A stretch of 64,000 nt of DNA from a virus. How positions within the stretch are numbered: position 1 is the stretch's first letter; each line of letters begins with the position of its first letter. Under the pieces are notes generated by a model. The model saw only the letters and a program-made list of their open reading frames with translations. It ran no database searches and had not been told where the DNA came from. Positions 29,253 through 39,953 of the stretch are shown one piece after another. The DNA lies in the IMG/VR virus record IMGVR_UViG_3300041956_000050, positions 32,001 to 96,000 of that record; one strand, 5' to 3'. Made by a program: the position numbers and the translations under genes.

Positions 29253-29479
29253 CCCTTGTCCTTCCGTGGTTGCTTGACGTTGGGCTTGGCCTTGCGCTGG
29301 AAGCGGCCGAAGCGGTTGAGGATGTAACCGCTCTCCTGCATCTCCTTGTGGATCGTCTTGTCGGAGTGGAGTCCGGCAGTGACGACGGCTGCGTCCAGCG
29401 CTTCCTTGCGCTTGGCGTTCTGCGCCTCGACGTGCTGTTGGCGGCGGCGCTTGCGTTGGCGCTGTTGACGGCTGTTCAT
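29249..29479 (-). CDS. Small basic protein, probably leaderless
   Basis: TATAAT lies 6 nt upstream of the ATG. Confidence 0.55.
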   Translation of the reverse strand: MNSRQQRQRKRRRQQHVEAQNAKRKEALDAAVVTAGLHSDKTIHKEMQESGYILNRFGRFQRKAKPNVKQPRKDKG

Positions 29480-29485
29480 CCTGGG

Positions 29486-29491
29486 ATTATA
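29486..29491 (-). promoter_or_regulatory. Consensus -10 element TATAAT
   Basis: ATTATA on +, in the intergenic gap. Confidence 0.55.
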
Positions 29492-29502
29492 CAGGATCTC
29501 CG

Positions 29503-29814
29503 TCAGGAGTCCTGGCGACCCGCGTGCAGCCCGATGGTCATGCCGTCGATGGACAAAGCCGTCAGCGCAGGCATCAGGTTGTCGATCTCCGGTGACAGGC
29601 GGATCGCCGTCTTCTCGGTGCGCGAGAGTGCTCGCGGGTCTTGCCCGTCAAGAATCATGGCGGCTCGTAGCGCACGCTGCTGAGCGACGTACACCAGGCC
29701 CTCGGGGTCGGTGTTGAGCAGGTTGGCTACCCAGCCCTGGTCGTCGCCTGCATACTCGTCGCTGAGCGCATCCATGTACCTCGCGGACAGGCTCAGGTCG
29801 TCTTGTCCGATCAT
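29503..29814 (-). CDS. Hypothetical protein
   Basis: GAGGAG SD; coupled. Confidence 0.6.
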   Translation of the reverse strand: MIGQDDLSLSARYMDALSDEYAGDDQGWVANLLNTDPEGLVYVAQQRALRAAMILDGQDPRALSRTEKTAIRLSPEIDNLMPALTALSIDGMTIGLHAGRQDS

Positions 29815-30329
29815 CCGTTCTCCTCGGTTGTGTTGTCGCTTGTATCGACACGAAGGCCAACTTCCTTTAGCGGCGGCGTCGTGCCATCCTCCTCGGCCAT
29901 CTCGCGGATCTCGCGGATGACCTCCTCGTGGTTGTGGAACCGCTCGGGCAGATCCTCCCGGTTCATCTCCTCCAGCCGTCCGGCGTTTTCCTCCATGAAC
30001 TTGCGGATCTCCGGATCATCCTGATCGAAGATCTCCTCGGTCGCAAAGAATGGCGACACGAAGTCCATGGCCACGTCGATGTAGCGCTCGACCGCCTTGT
30101 GCTGGCCGAGCAGCTTGATGTGCGCGAACATCCGCACGTGCTCCTCGCACGGCTCCTCGTCCTTGTGGCGGTGCATCAGACGCACACCGAGAATGTGCGT
30201 GCCCTTGGGGTCCAGCAGCTTGAACTGCGCGGGGGTCAGGTTGCGGTTGTAGCCACGACGGTGCGTATCGCGACAGATCTCGCGAAGCTCCCTCGTGTTC
30301 ATGACAAGCGTTCTGTCACTTCGTTGCAT
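29811..30329 (-). CDS. Hypothetical protein
   Basis: ORF in operon. Confidence 0.6.
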   Translation of the reverse strand: MQRSDRTLVMNTRELREICRDTHRRGYNRNLTPAQFKLLDPKGTHILGVRLMHRHKDEEPCEEHVRMFAHIKLLGQHKAVERYIDVAMDFVSPFFATEEIFDQDDPEIRKFMEENAGRLEEMNREDLPERFHNHEEVIREIREMAEEDGTTPPLKEVGLRVDTSDNTTEENG

Positions 30330-30890
30330 TAGTTCCCCATGTGGTTGAGTTCATCACGCAGAAGCGCCCCGTCAAGCTCACGCTCTGCTTCGTACAGCGG
30401 GCCGTCAATGATCTCGCTCGCGCTCACTGATGCGCCAACGACTTTCGTGACGGCTTCCAGTTGTTCGCGGGTCAGATCGACCCTGATCTTGTCACTCATT
30501 GTGCTCCTTGTCTTTGTCAATCATCTTGCGCCAGCGATCCTCCGCTTCAGCGCGGCGATGGTCTGGCCAGGTATCGCCTACACCGGGCTTGCGCTCGGGA
30601 GGCTCAGGGTGTCGCCGCTTGTTCCACCAGATCTTGAAGTCGAAGATCTCGACAACGAGATAGACAATAGCAGCGACAAGCGGAATGCCTACTACTGCCG
30701 CCTCGATCACTGGTAGGGCGGTTCAGGCTGCGGGTTCATGCCGGTGACTTTCATGAAGCAGTCCCAGCAGTAACCGTTGTCAGCGGCCTTCTCCTCGGGC
30801 GGGAACCCGGAGGGGTGGAAGTAGTCCTCGTTCGGTGTGCATTGGTACTCCTTGCAACAGTCTGCACACTTGACATCTGCCCAGCGTAGA

Positions 30891-31352
30891 TCAATCGCCA
30901 TTTGCTTTCGCCATTCTGTCGTAGAGCACGACGTTGACTGCTGCACCCAGGTTCAGGCAACGCACCACTGGGATACGCACGAAGCGATGACACACCGTTC
31001 GCACGCCCTTTGGCACCTCGCCATCCTCCGGGCCGAACACGTACAGCGCTCGCTCGGGATGCTCGAACTCGATCAGGTTCTCGGCTGAGTCAAGAACCTC
31101 GACACATACAGGAACGAATCCCTGCGCCGTGAACAGTTCAACAGGGCGGTCAGGATCATTGGCTGCGCCGAAGTCAACACGCCTGCGATATTCGCGCAGA
31201 CGCTCCTCGCGTGGCAACCGAGCTTCGGCATCGCGCGCACCGCGCCAGCCGGTCCACCGAACCTGCGGCACGCCGAACTCAGCAGCAGCACGCACGACTG
31301 CGCCCAGGTTGTGGCCGTACTTGGGGTCGATCAGCAGGACAGCAGCACTCAT
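30891..31352 (-). CDS. SpoU/TrmH-family (SPOUT) RNA 2'-O-methyltransferase
   Basis: IDPKYGHNLGAVVRAA, VFGPEDG, VRIP..CLNLGAAVNVVLYDR. Confidence 0.85.
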   Translation of the reverse strand: MSAAVLLIDPKYGHNLGAVVRAAAEFGVPQVRWTGWRGARDAEARLPREERLREYRRRVDFGAANDPDRPVELFTAQGFVPVCVEVLDSAENLIEFEHPERALYVFGPEDGEVPKGVRTVCHRFVRIPVVRCLNLGAAVNVVLYDRMAKANGD

Positions 31353-31355
31353 GAC

Positions 31356-32318
31356 TCACCTCGTGAACTCGAAGGCACGCTTGACCGGCTTGATCGGTGC
31401 GTCCTCCGGCCCCTTCATATACGGACTGATCCAGATCTGCCGGTAGGCATTCGGATCACCGACCTCACCGAGCGTGCCGTAGTATTGATTGCGCCAGTGC
31501 CCGCGCACCACCCACTGCCACTTGTACTCGATGTCGCTTTCGCCATGGTCGAGTTCGTGCGGCTGGCGTTGTCTGCGAAGAGTGATGACAGTCACGTCTT
31601 CGGTGCGGTAGTGGCGCTTTCGGTCACGCCGTAGCTGCCGGGGAAGCGTCTCCTTGACCGGCACGATTTGTCGTGATAGACGCCAGAACGACTGGAGTAG
31701 GAGCCACGTCCTGGCCCGAAGGTCGATCTCGTTCTCGTGGTCGGGATCATTCTTGGCCATCGCCTGCCAGTCCTCCAGCATGCCGAACGGGATGTAGCCG
31801 GAGAACAGGATGACCCACGTTCCCAGCGCTTCCCAGGAGGCGCGCTCTCGGGCATCCATGTCAGGGCGGTTGAAGTCGTCCATGTCATCGATGTGCGACC
31901 ACAGTGTGTACCACACGCCGTCTGGAGCCTTGTCCTCGCTCCACTCGACCTCTCCGGTGCCAGCCGGAATCCACGAGATCCCTCGGAACGAGATCTTGTT
32001 GCCATCGATGTCATTCATGATGACTTGATGCGGCAGCAGCGCGAAGCTGATTGGGCAGGGGAGATCCCAGGCGTGCAGGACTTCCGCCTTGAATGACTCG
32101 CGGGCATAGTCCCACATGTCCACCACTTCTGATGACACGTACATCGGATCTGCCTCTTGCAGCAGATGCTCGTGAAGTGTCAACATCATTCCCTCGGGGA
32201 ACTCCTCGTCGTATGCCTGCTCTTGGAAGTCCCGCAGGTAGTCGCGGAAGATCGGATTGTGTTTGATATTGCCTAGCAGCCTCTCTTGCTCGAAGGCTGC
32301 GTCACTCCATCTCTGCAT
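31356..32318 (-). CDS. Hypothetical phage protein
   Basis: C-terminal WVVRGHWRNQ..IWISPYMKG motif. Confidence 0.7.
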   Translation of the reverse strand: MQRWSDAAFEQERLLGNIKHNPIFRDYLRDFQEQAYDEEFPEGMMLTLHEHLLQEADPMYVSSEVVDMWDYARESFKAEVLHAWDLPCPISFALLPHQVIMNDIDGNKISFRGISWIPAGTGEVEWSEDKAPDGVWYTLWSHIDDMDDFNRPDMDARERASWEALGTWVILFSGYIPFGMLEDWQAMAKNDPDHENEIDLRARTWLLLQSFWRLSRQIVPVKETLPRQLRRDRKRHYRTEDVTVITLRRQRQPHELDHGESDIEYKWQWVVRGHWRNQYYGTLGEVGDPNAYRQIWISPYMKGPEDAPIKPVKRAFEFTR

Positions 32319-32577
32319 TGATTACCTCCTTGGTCAGACGTTCAGGGCGCACGCCAAGTATCTTGGCAATGGCCATCCCTTCCTTGAACTTCAGCGACCG
32401 CTTCCCACTTTCGATCCTCGAAAGCTGTGACTGATTGATGTCAGCGAGCTTAGCCAGGGTCCGCTGTTCGATCTCCGCGACGGTACGCAGGTATCTAATG
32501 TTGACACCCACGTTCCAATCGAACTTGTCGTGAGATGTTTTACGGTCGCTATCCAACGTTGGCATCCACCGCCTCAA
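32302..32577 (-). CDS. XRE-family HTH regulator
   Basis: QRTLAKLADINQSQLSRIESGKR. Confidence 0.8.
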   Translation of the reverse strand: MRRWMPTLDSDRKTSHDKFDWNVGVNIRYLRTVAEIEQRTLAKLADINQSQLSRIESGKRSLKFKEGMAIAKILGVRPERLTKEVINAEME

Positions 32578-32920
32578 TCGGGTTGTAAACGCCGAACTCT
32601 GCTAGCGCCTCGCGGACGGCAGTGATGATGCCACCGGCCATCTGGTCGGCCTTGTCGTACTGCCGGGGCGTAACGTCGCCAATGACCTGGCGCATTGTGC
32701 CGCGACTCTTTGCAACTACTGTCCGAGCGATGGCGTCAACATCGTCGCCGTCGAACAGCCTGTCGCTATCGGCTTGCAACGCCAGGTAGGCGTTCTTGAT
32801 GTCGCCCTGAATCTCGGCACCGATGGGCAGAGCGCCCAGCGCCTCGGCGGTCTTGTAGTCAGACCGCAGGGCGGTGATGATCGTCTCGTGCTGCTCATCG
32901 GTCAGCTTGACGTATTTCAC
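32549..32920 (-). CDS. Hypothetical protein
   Basis: ORF in operon. Confidence 0.55.
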   Translation of the reverse strand: MKYVKLTDEQHETIITALRSDYKTAEALGALPIGAEIQGDIKNAYLALQADSDRLFDGDDVDAIARTVVAKSRGTMRQVIGDVTPRQYDKADQMAGGIITAVREALAEFGVYNPIEAVDANVG

Positions 32921-33122
32921 TTCGTCCTCACAATCGATTGGGAGTCGAGCTTGTCACCAATGAAGACGGTGACTCGCACTGTCGTTGACGATCCGATCCC
33001 TGGTATGTCGTTCGTGTCCTCGGTGATGAGCACGTACACGCCTTCGGTCAGGAACACCCTGTCAATCACCTTGACAGAGCGACCGAGATTTTCTCGGACC
33101 ATCTGTACTGCTGTGCGTTGAT

Positions 33123-33365
33123 TCAAATGATCCTCCTCGTCTTCGGCGGATTGTCCTTGGCTTGGATGCGCGCGGCGATCCGCTCCACCTGCTGGCGACG
33201 GCTACCACTGACGACATCTTCGATGGTCGCCCACAGGCCGTCATCCTGCTTGTAGATGACGTTGCCGGGAGCCTTGTCCTCGTGGGCGATCTGTATCTGA
33301 GCGCGGATGTATGACTGCTCCGATCCCATCAGTTCGCCCCATGCGCGGATAAGCACGTAGTCCAT
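33123..33365 (-). CDS. Hypothetical protein
   Basis: GAGGGAG SD. Confidence 0.55.
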   Translation of the reverse strand: MDYVLIRAWGELMGSEQSYIRAQIQIAHEDKAPGNVIYKQDDGLWATIEDVVSGSRRQQVERIAARIQAKDNPPKTRRII

Positions 33366-34002
33366 GTCACTCCCTCATGTCTCGTGTAATGACACTGATG
33401 TCCTGCGACAGCACCCACGGTAGTTCGTTGGCTCTGTTCTCCAGCACAGCGCTCGCGAGCATTGCCGTCAGATCTTCGACGGTTGCATCGCGTGTGATGC
33501 CATCGTTCTTGATCTCGACGGCGACGAGGAACTCGAACGTCATAGCGCCACCGTGTCGGTCAGGATCAGGGCAACCACGCCCCCGATCAGCAGTATCACC
33601 AACACTAGCGATGCTACAGCGAACCAGAAGCGGCGTCTGCCAGCGGCCTGACGTGCGCCATCAGCCCATTCCTGAGAGATGGCGCACGCCTCCTGCCACG
33701 TATCAATCGACGGAGTGTCGCCGCCGTTGACGTAATCCGGCCGCTGCATGGCTACTTCTTCACGACCGCGCGGGCGCGGGCGAAGACAGCGGGCCGCATC
33801 TTCCTGGCGATCTTGCGGATCTCCCGCGTCGTCTCCGGGCTGAGGTTCGTAGCCGTGTGACTGCGGGCCTTGCGGCCGTCGCCGGTTGCCAGGTATCCGA
33901 GCGCGTAGCGCACGATGTCTCGCTCGCGCACATTCATCGTGCGTCCTCCGAGCTTTGCCATCAGTCCTTGCTCCTCTCGTCGTCGGTGAACTTCGCCATT
34001 GC

Positions 34003-34425
34003 TTACGCCGCCGCCACGCTTCGGGGGTAGGCGATCCGGCCGGTCAGCACGAAGTCGAGCACCTTGCGGAACTCGGTCTGCGAGCACTCCGCACCGAAGC
34101 GGTAGTTGAAGCCGCTGATCATGTTGGCCACAGCGTCAACGGAGTTGACATCGTGCATGTAGATGAGCGGCTGCCACTGGACGGGGATGCGGTGGTGATA
34201 GGAGCCAGCGTCATCCTCGCGTTCCCACTCGCCAGTCACGATGCCGACCAGATACAGCCCACGGCCACCGTGGCTGCCCATGGCGATCATCAGCGTCCCG
34301 ATGTCGATCTGCGGGCGATTCGACTTCTTCCAGTAGTAGCCCTCTCCGATGATCACAGCCATGTCCTTCATGGCGTCAGTTCTCGCGGGCATGGCTGGAG
34401 TGTTGACACGAACAACTCGGTACAT
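34003..34425 (-). CDS. Hypothetical protein, possible PUA/EVE-like domain
   Basis: GIVTGEWE..HHRIPVQW; GAGG SD. Confidence 0.45.
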   Translation of the reverse strand: MYRVVRVNTPAMPARTDAMKDMAVIIGEGYYWKKSNRPQIDIGTLMIAMGSHGGRGLYLVGIVTGEWEREDDAGSYHHRIPVQWQPLIYMHDVNSVDAVANMISGFNYRFGAECSQTEFRKVLDFVLTGRIAYPRSVAAA

Positions 34426-34745
34426 CACCTCTCCTCCAGCTTGCGTAGCGCCCGCTCGGTGGCCCGAGCCGCCTGCGTCCGGACCACGTTGCGGATAAAG
34501 CCCTGGTAGTCGCCCGCGTCCCACAGCCAGATGTCGGTGTGCGTCTTGCTGGTCGGCATCCACGTGGCCCACACGATGCTGCCGTCGCTCAGGTGGTACT
34601 CGCCAATGCGGTCGCCTGCCATCCTGAGGTTGGCGGGGCGCATGCCGACCGGCTCGTGCCACTTGCTGTAGCCGGGAGCGAACACCACTCCGGCCTCGAC
34701 CACGATGCCATCCACGACACCGGGCTGGTTGATAACTGTCGTCAT
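34425..34745 (-). CDS. Hypothetical protein
   Basis: AAGGAG SD. Confidence 0.55.
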   Translation of the reverse strand: MTTVINQPGVVDGIVVEAGVVFAPGYSKWHEPVGMRPANLRMAGDRIGEYHLSDGSIVWATWMPTSKTHTDIWLWDAGDYQGFIRNVVRTQAARATERALRKLEER

Positions 34746-34748
34746 TAC

Positions 34749-35321
34749 TTACTCCTTCTCGTTGTCGGTGAACTTCTCTTCGCCGTCAGGATCGGTGAGG
34801 ATACTGACAAGGAAGCCGCCTGGCCAGCGATGTGCGCTGACCATGCGTGACTCGTCCTTCTCGCTCTCGGCCACGATCATTCCGCGACCGGCGTCACGCG
34901 CCATTGTGAACACGCCCTGGCCCTTGACCTTGCCAGCACTGTTGAACTGACGCACGTCGATACAGAAGTGACGATTCTCCTTCTCGCCTTCGTAGTCGCC
35001 AGTGGCGAAGTCGAACAGGTTGAGCCAGATGACACCTCCTTCCCACTCGATGGCGACATGACGCTGGTATTCACGTTGCCCCGGACCATGCGGCGGCGTC
35101 TTGGGATCACCCAGCAGGTTGATCAGCGTGTCGGGCACGAAGCCCATCGCCTCGATGGCCGTAGCCATGTTCTCCGAGACGGCCGGAGTGGCGTCAAGGT
35201 TGACAACCTGCTCCAGAATGGCGGCAGCTTCATCGGCCGCGCCGGACGGATCGTCGGCCACCTGGCACCGCTCCAGCGCGCGAGCGGCGGCGTCACGCAG
35301 ACGCTCCTCAGATGTCGTCAT
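34749..35321 (-). CDS. Hypothetical protein
   Basis: GGAGG SD. Confidence 0.6.
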   Translation of the reverse strand: MTTSEERLRDAAARALERCQVADDPSGAADEAAAILEQVVNLDATPAVSENMATAIEAMGFVPDTLINLLGDPKTPPHGPGQREYQRHVAIEWEGGVIWLNLFDFATGDYEGEKENRHFCIDVRQFNSAGKVKGQGVFTMARDAGRGMIVAESEKDESRMVSAHRWPGGFLVSILTDPDGEEKFTDNEKE

Positions 35322-35722
35322 GCTTGTTGACCTCCTCCTCGACCGCCGACCGCTCGATGCCGAACGCATCGGCAGCGGCGATGATCGCGTTCTCTCGGGT
35401 GTAGCCAGCCTTGAACTGGCTCGGATCGCCCGCCGTCAGTTGGCGGACGAATTCCCACACGGCGTCCTTGCCGTACAGGTTCTGGTACTGCTGTGCGATG
35501 GGGTATGTCATTGCGTGATGTTTCCTTCCTCGATGACGTAGAAGAGTCCTTCCTCGTCCACGTCGATGGTCATCATGGTGATCTCGTCGTCAAGAACGAC
35601 GACATATCGACCGGCCTGCTTCGGAGTATCGAGCAGCCACTGGATGAGCCTGATCTCCTCCTCGCGCTCCTCGCGCCCCAGCAGAATGGCGTCGTCCGGC
35701 GTGTAGCCGATGATCGTTGCCA

Positions 35723-36202
35723 TTACGCCTGCGCCTCCACGGCCTCGCGGATTGCATCCTCGACAGCGTTGCCGAGATTGAGTTGCCACTCCTTCAAGAG
35801 CGCACGCTCCTCGCTGTCGAGCTTCTTCTTCTCCTCACCGAGATCCTTGAGGTGCTGGATCACGTCGTTGGGCGTGTCGGCCTTGAGCACCTTGGTGTAG
35901 GGGTCAAGCTGCGGCTTCTCGCTGCCAATAGTGGTGAGGATCTTGCTGCCTCGCGCGTGCTTGCCGTTGGCAACACCCTTGCGTCCGTCAGGCATCCGGA
36001 AAGGCACAGTGACCTTCACCTGCTGGCGCTTGATCGTCTGTCGCGCCTTGTTGACGGCGTTGTCGAGCGACTTCTCGTCGTTGCCCAGGAAGCGCTCGTT
36101 GGTCGGTGCATCCCCGGTGCGGTAGATCGTCCACGAACCGTTCACAGCGGCGTGGACCTCGCACTCGATGTTGTTGATCTCTCGTGTACCCAGTAGTGCC
36201 AT
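35723..36202 (-). CDS. Hypothetical protein
   Basis: AAGGAG SD. Confidence 0.65.
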   Translation of the reverse strand: MALLGTREINNIECEVHAAVNGSWTIYRTGDAPTNERFLGNDEKSLDNAVNKARQTIKRQQVKVTVPFRMPDGRKGVANGKHARGSKILTTIGSEKPQLDPYTKVLKADTPNDVIQHLKDLGEEKKKLDSEERALLKEWQLNLGNAVEDAIREAVEAQA

Positions 36203-36212
36203 GTTGGCTCCT

Positions 36213-36488
36213 TTAGTTGTTGTGGGCCTGTGCCTCGACCCATTTCTTCGTGCCCTCGCGGGCCTGCCGGATCAGTGACTGCATCTCCATATCAGGGTTG
36301 TCAGCCTTGACGCTGTAGATGTGCTCCCCAGCCTTACCGTCCTTGACCATGATCTCATGAATCATGACAAGATTCTCGCGCTCCATCAGCATCTTGCCGA
36401 CTTCGCTGTGCTCGCCGGACCAGATGTCACCGATGTTGGTGCCATACGGGCCACGACGACCGAGCGACATGTGATCGAAGGCGCTCAT
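36213..36488 (-). CDS. Hypothetical protein
   Basis: ATGA coupling. Confidence 0.55.
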   Translation of the reverse strand: MSAFDHMSLGRRGPYGTNIGDIWSGEHSEVGKMLMERENLVMIHEIMVKDGKAGEHIYSVKADNPDMEMQSLIRQAREGTKKWVEAQAHNN

Positions 36489-36901
36489 GCCACCTTCCTG
36501 ACATGAGGCTTGACGGGGATCTCGCGGCCGTCAGGGAGTCGGCGGACGTGGCCCTTGATCTGCCACTCACCGCGCGCCCGCTGGAGCGCCTTGGGAGCCT
36601 CCTCGTCCAGCTTGTCGAACAGTTCGTAGATGCGCCCCCACAGATCCCTGACGCGCTCGTCGCCAGTGTCAAGGGCGGCGGCGACGAGATCGGGGTTGAA
36701 CTGGAGCCGGTGAGTGTTGTAGTACGTCGTCCACCCGCCGCCGATTGCCACGGTGGCGCAGGTCTTGCCATTCCGGTCGTCGTAGTCAACAGTGATGCGG
36801 CTGTCGTAGCTCTGCGCGTACACACGCAGGCCGGATGCCTTGCTGCCCTGTCGGGTGGCAGGACCGCGAGCACCTTCAACGCCGCCGTAGAACGTAGCCA
36901 T
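36485..36901 (-). CDS. Hypothetical protein
   Basis: AAGGAG SD; C-terminal IKGHVRR..VKPHVR motif. Confidence 0.6.
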   Translation of the reverse strand: MATFYGGVEGARGPATRQGSKASGLRVYAQSYDSRITVDYDDRNGKTCATVAIGGGWTTYYNTHRLQFNPDLVAAALDTGDERVRDLWGRIYELFDKLDEEAPKALQRARGEWQIKGHVRRLPDGREIPVKPHVRKVA

Positions 36902-37415
36902 TGTTACTCCTTGTCGTCTATGTTGTCATACCGTCAGGCAGAAGTGGCACGTGGGTGGGCCGGGATGCGGCTCCCACGGCAGATCTGCCCAACGGGTTGT
37001 AACGATGAAACAGTCTTGACGATGAACCTTGCCGTGGCCTAGCTCATCGAGCGCGACTACGCACGGCCCATGCGAGCGGTGCGGGCGCGGCGGCAGCGTG
37101 TAGCTGTCCATCTCCAGCAATACGCCGCCAGCGCCGTAGATGCGGATCTCCATCTTCATGTCGCGCTTGATCCTAGCGAACTATATGCCAGATGGCAACT
37201 GCGCCTGGCAGAAACAGCAGATGTACGCCATCGCTCCCGAAGCGCACTCGTGCTCGCGCACGGTGATCCTCGTCCGGCCCTGGAAGCGAATGCTGCGAAG
37301 CTCCTCGTTGCGGTCGCCAAGCTGCCGGTTGGCGTCAGCGCGACAGTCGGCCTCAACCGTGTCGCGCAACTCGTCGTCCACGAACAGGTCGAAGACGGCG
37401 GTCGGGGTGGTGTAG

Positions 37416-37814
37416 CTAGTCACGATTCCTCAATTCTGCCAACGCGGCGTCGATGCGCGCACGCTCGTCCTCGATCATCTGCTGGCGCGCGATGATCTTC
37501 TCGTGCTCGATGCGCAAGTCCTCAGCCTCCTCGCCAAGCTCCCTGATCAGCGTGTCCTCGAAGTCAGAGGTGAGCGCGTCCGGGTTGACCGGCGGCTGCT
37601 CCGTCGTCTCCTCGGCGGCGGCATACAAGCGCTTGCTACCGTGATAGTTGACGATCAGGTCGCCGCTGCGCACCAGAGCGGCGAGCACCGGGCCGATGCC
37701 CTGCGGCTTGACGCCGAGCAATGCGGCAGCCTCGCCTCCGGTGAACTCGCCGTGCTCACGCGCATACTGCTGAAGCTGCGTGGCACGATCTGCGTTGTAA
37801 ATAGTAACGTCCAT
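37416..37814 (-). CDS. wHTH + coiled-coil protein
   Basis: FTGGEAAALLGV..LAALVRSG. Confidence 0.6.
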   Translation of the reverse strand: MDVTIYNADRATQLQQYAREHGEFTGGEAAALLGVKPQGIGPVLAALVRSGDLIVNYHGSKRLYAAAEETTEQPPVNPDALTSDFEDTLIRELGEEAEDLRIEHEKIIARQQMIEDERARIDAALAELRNRD

Positions 37815-38110
37815 TGATCTACCTCTTCTTCCCGGTGTCGTTGTCTTCTTTGATCCGCTGGGCGCGGAGTAGCGCCTCGACCGCCCACTCCTTGATCGAG
37901 TCGCGATGAATCGGTGAGTCGAGATCCCACGTCTTGTCAACGTCAAGAGTCTCGACAAGTTCGCCGTCGTCGGTGACGATATGAATCCTGGGCATGTGTC
38001 CTTCTGTCGTCGGTGTTGTTGGGACCGGGGCGCTCCTCCCAACACCCCGGTCCCGCTGACCCCCTCGGCCCGAAGAGGCCAGGCGGGCGACTATACCAGC
38101 TTGATCCCAC

Positions 38111-38419
38111 CTAGTAGCAGTACGGCTGCCGGATGCTCCGGTCGAACAGAACCCCGGCGTAGCGGCTCCTGTACCACTGATAGGTCGCCTCGCAGGTGGC
38201 ATCGTCTGTGTAGAAGACGACCGCGCAGCGGACCTTGTTGCGCGACCGACGCCAGCAGGACATGTCGTAGTCGCCGTAGTCGGAGATCTGGTTCAGATCG
38301 ATGCGGGCCTTGTGCTTCGCGGCCTTCATCGACAGGAACGGAGCAGCGCTGGCCTGCGCGGGGGCAGTGGCACCAGCGAACAGCAGAGCCGCGAGAGCGG
38401 CGAGGATGAACTTCTTCAT
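38111..38419 (-). CDS. Small secreted Cys-containing protein
   Basis: MKKFILAALAALLFAG..AQA signal peptide; 4 Cys. Confidence 0.7.
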   Translation of the reverse strand: MKKFILAALAALLFAGATAPAQASAAPFLSMKAAKHKARIDLNQISDYGDYDMSCWRRSRNKVRCAVVFYTDDATCEATYQWYRSRYAGVLFDRSIRQPYCY

Positions 38420-39062
38420 GGTTACTCCTTGGTTATGTTGTTGGTGTTGACAGGCAGCGTCATGACGACGATGCCGATGCAGATGCCGAAGGCGAGCGAA
38501 GCTTCGTCCATCGCGGGGTAGTTGTCGAAGACGCTCTCCCCGATGAACTTCTCGATCTCGGCACCTTCGGGGTAGGTGTCCATCATGGCGACCAGATCGG
38601 CCGCGTCATGCAGGCGTTCGGCGCTAATCATCGTCGCGGATGACCTCGATCTTCCAGCCGTCCGAGAGCACGATGGTTCCGCCCTCATCCGGCATGTCCA
38701 GCGCCTCGGCCTCAGCACGGTAGAAGCCGTACTGCGTCAGCGCCTCACGGTCCTCACCGAACGCTTCCATGCGGTCGTGAACAACCTGCACAGCCACGTC
38801 GCGCGCCTCCTGCAAGCCTTCGCAGGCGGTGGTGAAGCATACTCCTGCGGCGCTGGCCGGGTACGCCTTGACAAGATACCTCACGACTGCGGCTCCCAGT
38901 CCACCGTCCGCGAGAAGTTGCCCTCGACGTAGAACACGCCGATCTCGAAGTCGCCCAGCTTGGCGTCAAGCTCGTCGGCATGGGCGTCCCATATCTCCTG
39001 AGCGACACCAGTGATGTCGCCTTCGGTCACGTCTTTGACATCAATGATGATGCGGTAGTTGC

Positions 39063-39953
39063 TCATCGCGTCTCCGTTCCGCGTGCGTTCCACTCTGCAC
39101 GCTCGTTGTTTTCTGCCAGCCGTGCCTCGATGGCGTGCTCCAGTGATGCGTAGCACTCATCGACGGTGTGCTTGTGGTCACCGACGAAGCCGAAGCAGGA
39201 GTCGTGGTAGCCCGTCTCCTCGTCCTGCACGCTGTAGTAGGTCACGTCGCCCTCCAGATAGGAGGCGTAGACCTTCACCTCGTCGCGCAGCGCAGCCTCG
39301 ATCTGCTCATCAGTGGCGTCATCACCGATGCACGCCTTGACCATCTCAGGCGTGTCGAAGACGAAGCCGACGAATGAGGTGTCCCATCCGGCGCTGTCAC
39401 CCATGAAGCGATCCGTCGAGCGCACGTCGGACTTCTGGAGCACGTCGCCCACCCTCGGTCCTGCCGACATCGTGATGCCGGAATGCTCGTACACGAACAG
39501 ACCGATGACAACACGCGCGCCATGCTCAGCCTTGAAGTAGCGTGCCGGGTCCACCGTGAAGCGACCGTCGCCGTTGCAGACGTGACAGTCATCGGCGGTG
39601 CCGAGAGGATCGCCCTCGACAGGATGCTCGATCACGCCGCTGCCCTTGCACTCGTCGCACTCGATCTCGAAGTCGATCTCCGAGATGTCCTCGTCACCGA
39701 GATTGTAGCCACGATAGCTGACGGCCATCGTGCCGACGTTGCTCCAGTCGCGCGGATTGGCATGACTGATGTCAGATTCCTCGTAGGCGACGGTGCCCTC
39801 CAGACCATCGAACGGGAACACCCAGTCGTTGGTCGTCAGGTCGAACTCCTTGATCGTGTACGTCGTCTCGGGGTGGCCACGATCCTCCACCGCATGGACG
39901 TTGTAGACAACATCATTGACGGTGATCGTGCCCTCATCCATGTTGTAGCTCAT
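39063..39953 (-). CDS. Hypothetical protein with a DnaJ-type zinc finger insert
   Basis: CDECKGSG..CHVCNGDG; YEHSGI, WDTS..G. Confidence 0.7.
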   Translation of the reverse strand: MSYNMDEGTITVNDVVYNVHAVEDRGHPETTYTIKEFDLTTNDWVFPFDGLEGTVAYEESDISHANPRDWSNVGTMAVSYRGYNLGDEDISEIDFEIECDECKGSGVIEHPVEGDPLGTADDCHVCNGDGRFTVDPARYFKAEHGARVVIGLFVYEHSGITMSAGPRVGDVLQKSDVRSTDRFMGDSAGWDTSFVGFVFDTPEMVKACIGDDATDEQIEAALRDEVKVYASYLEGDVTYYSVQDEETGYHDSCFGFVGDHKHTVDECYASLEHAIEARLAENNERAEWNARGTETR

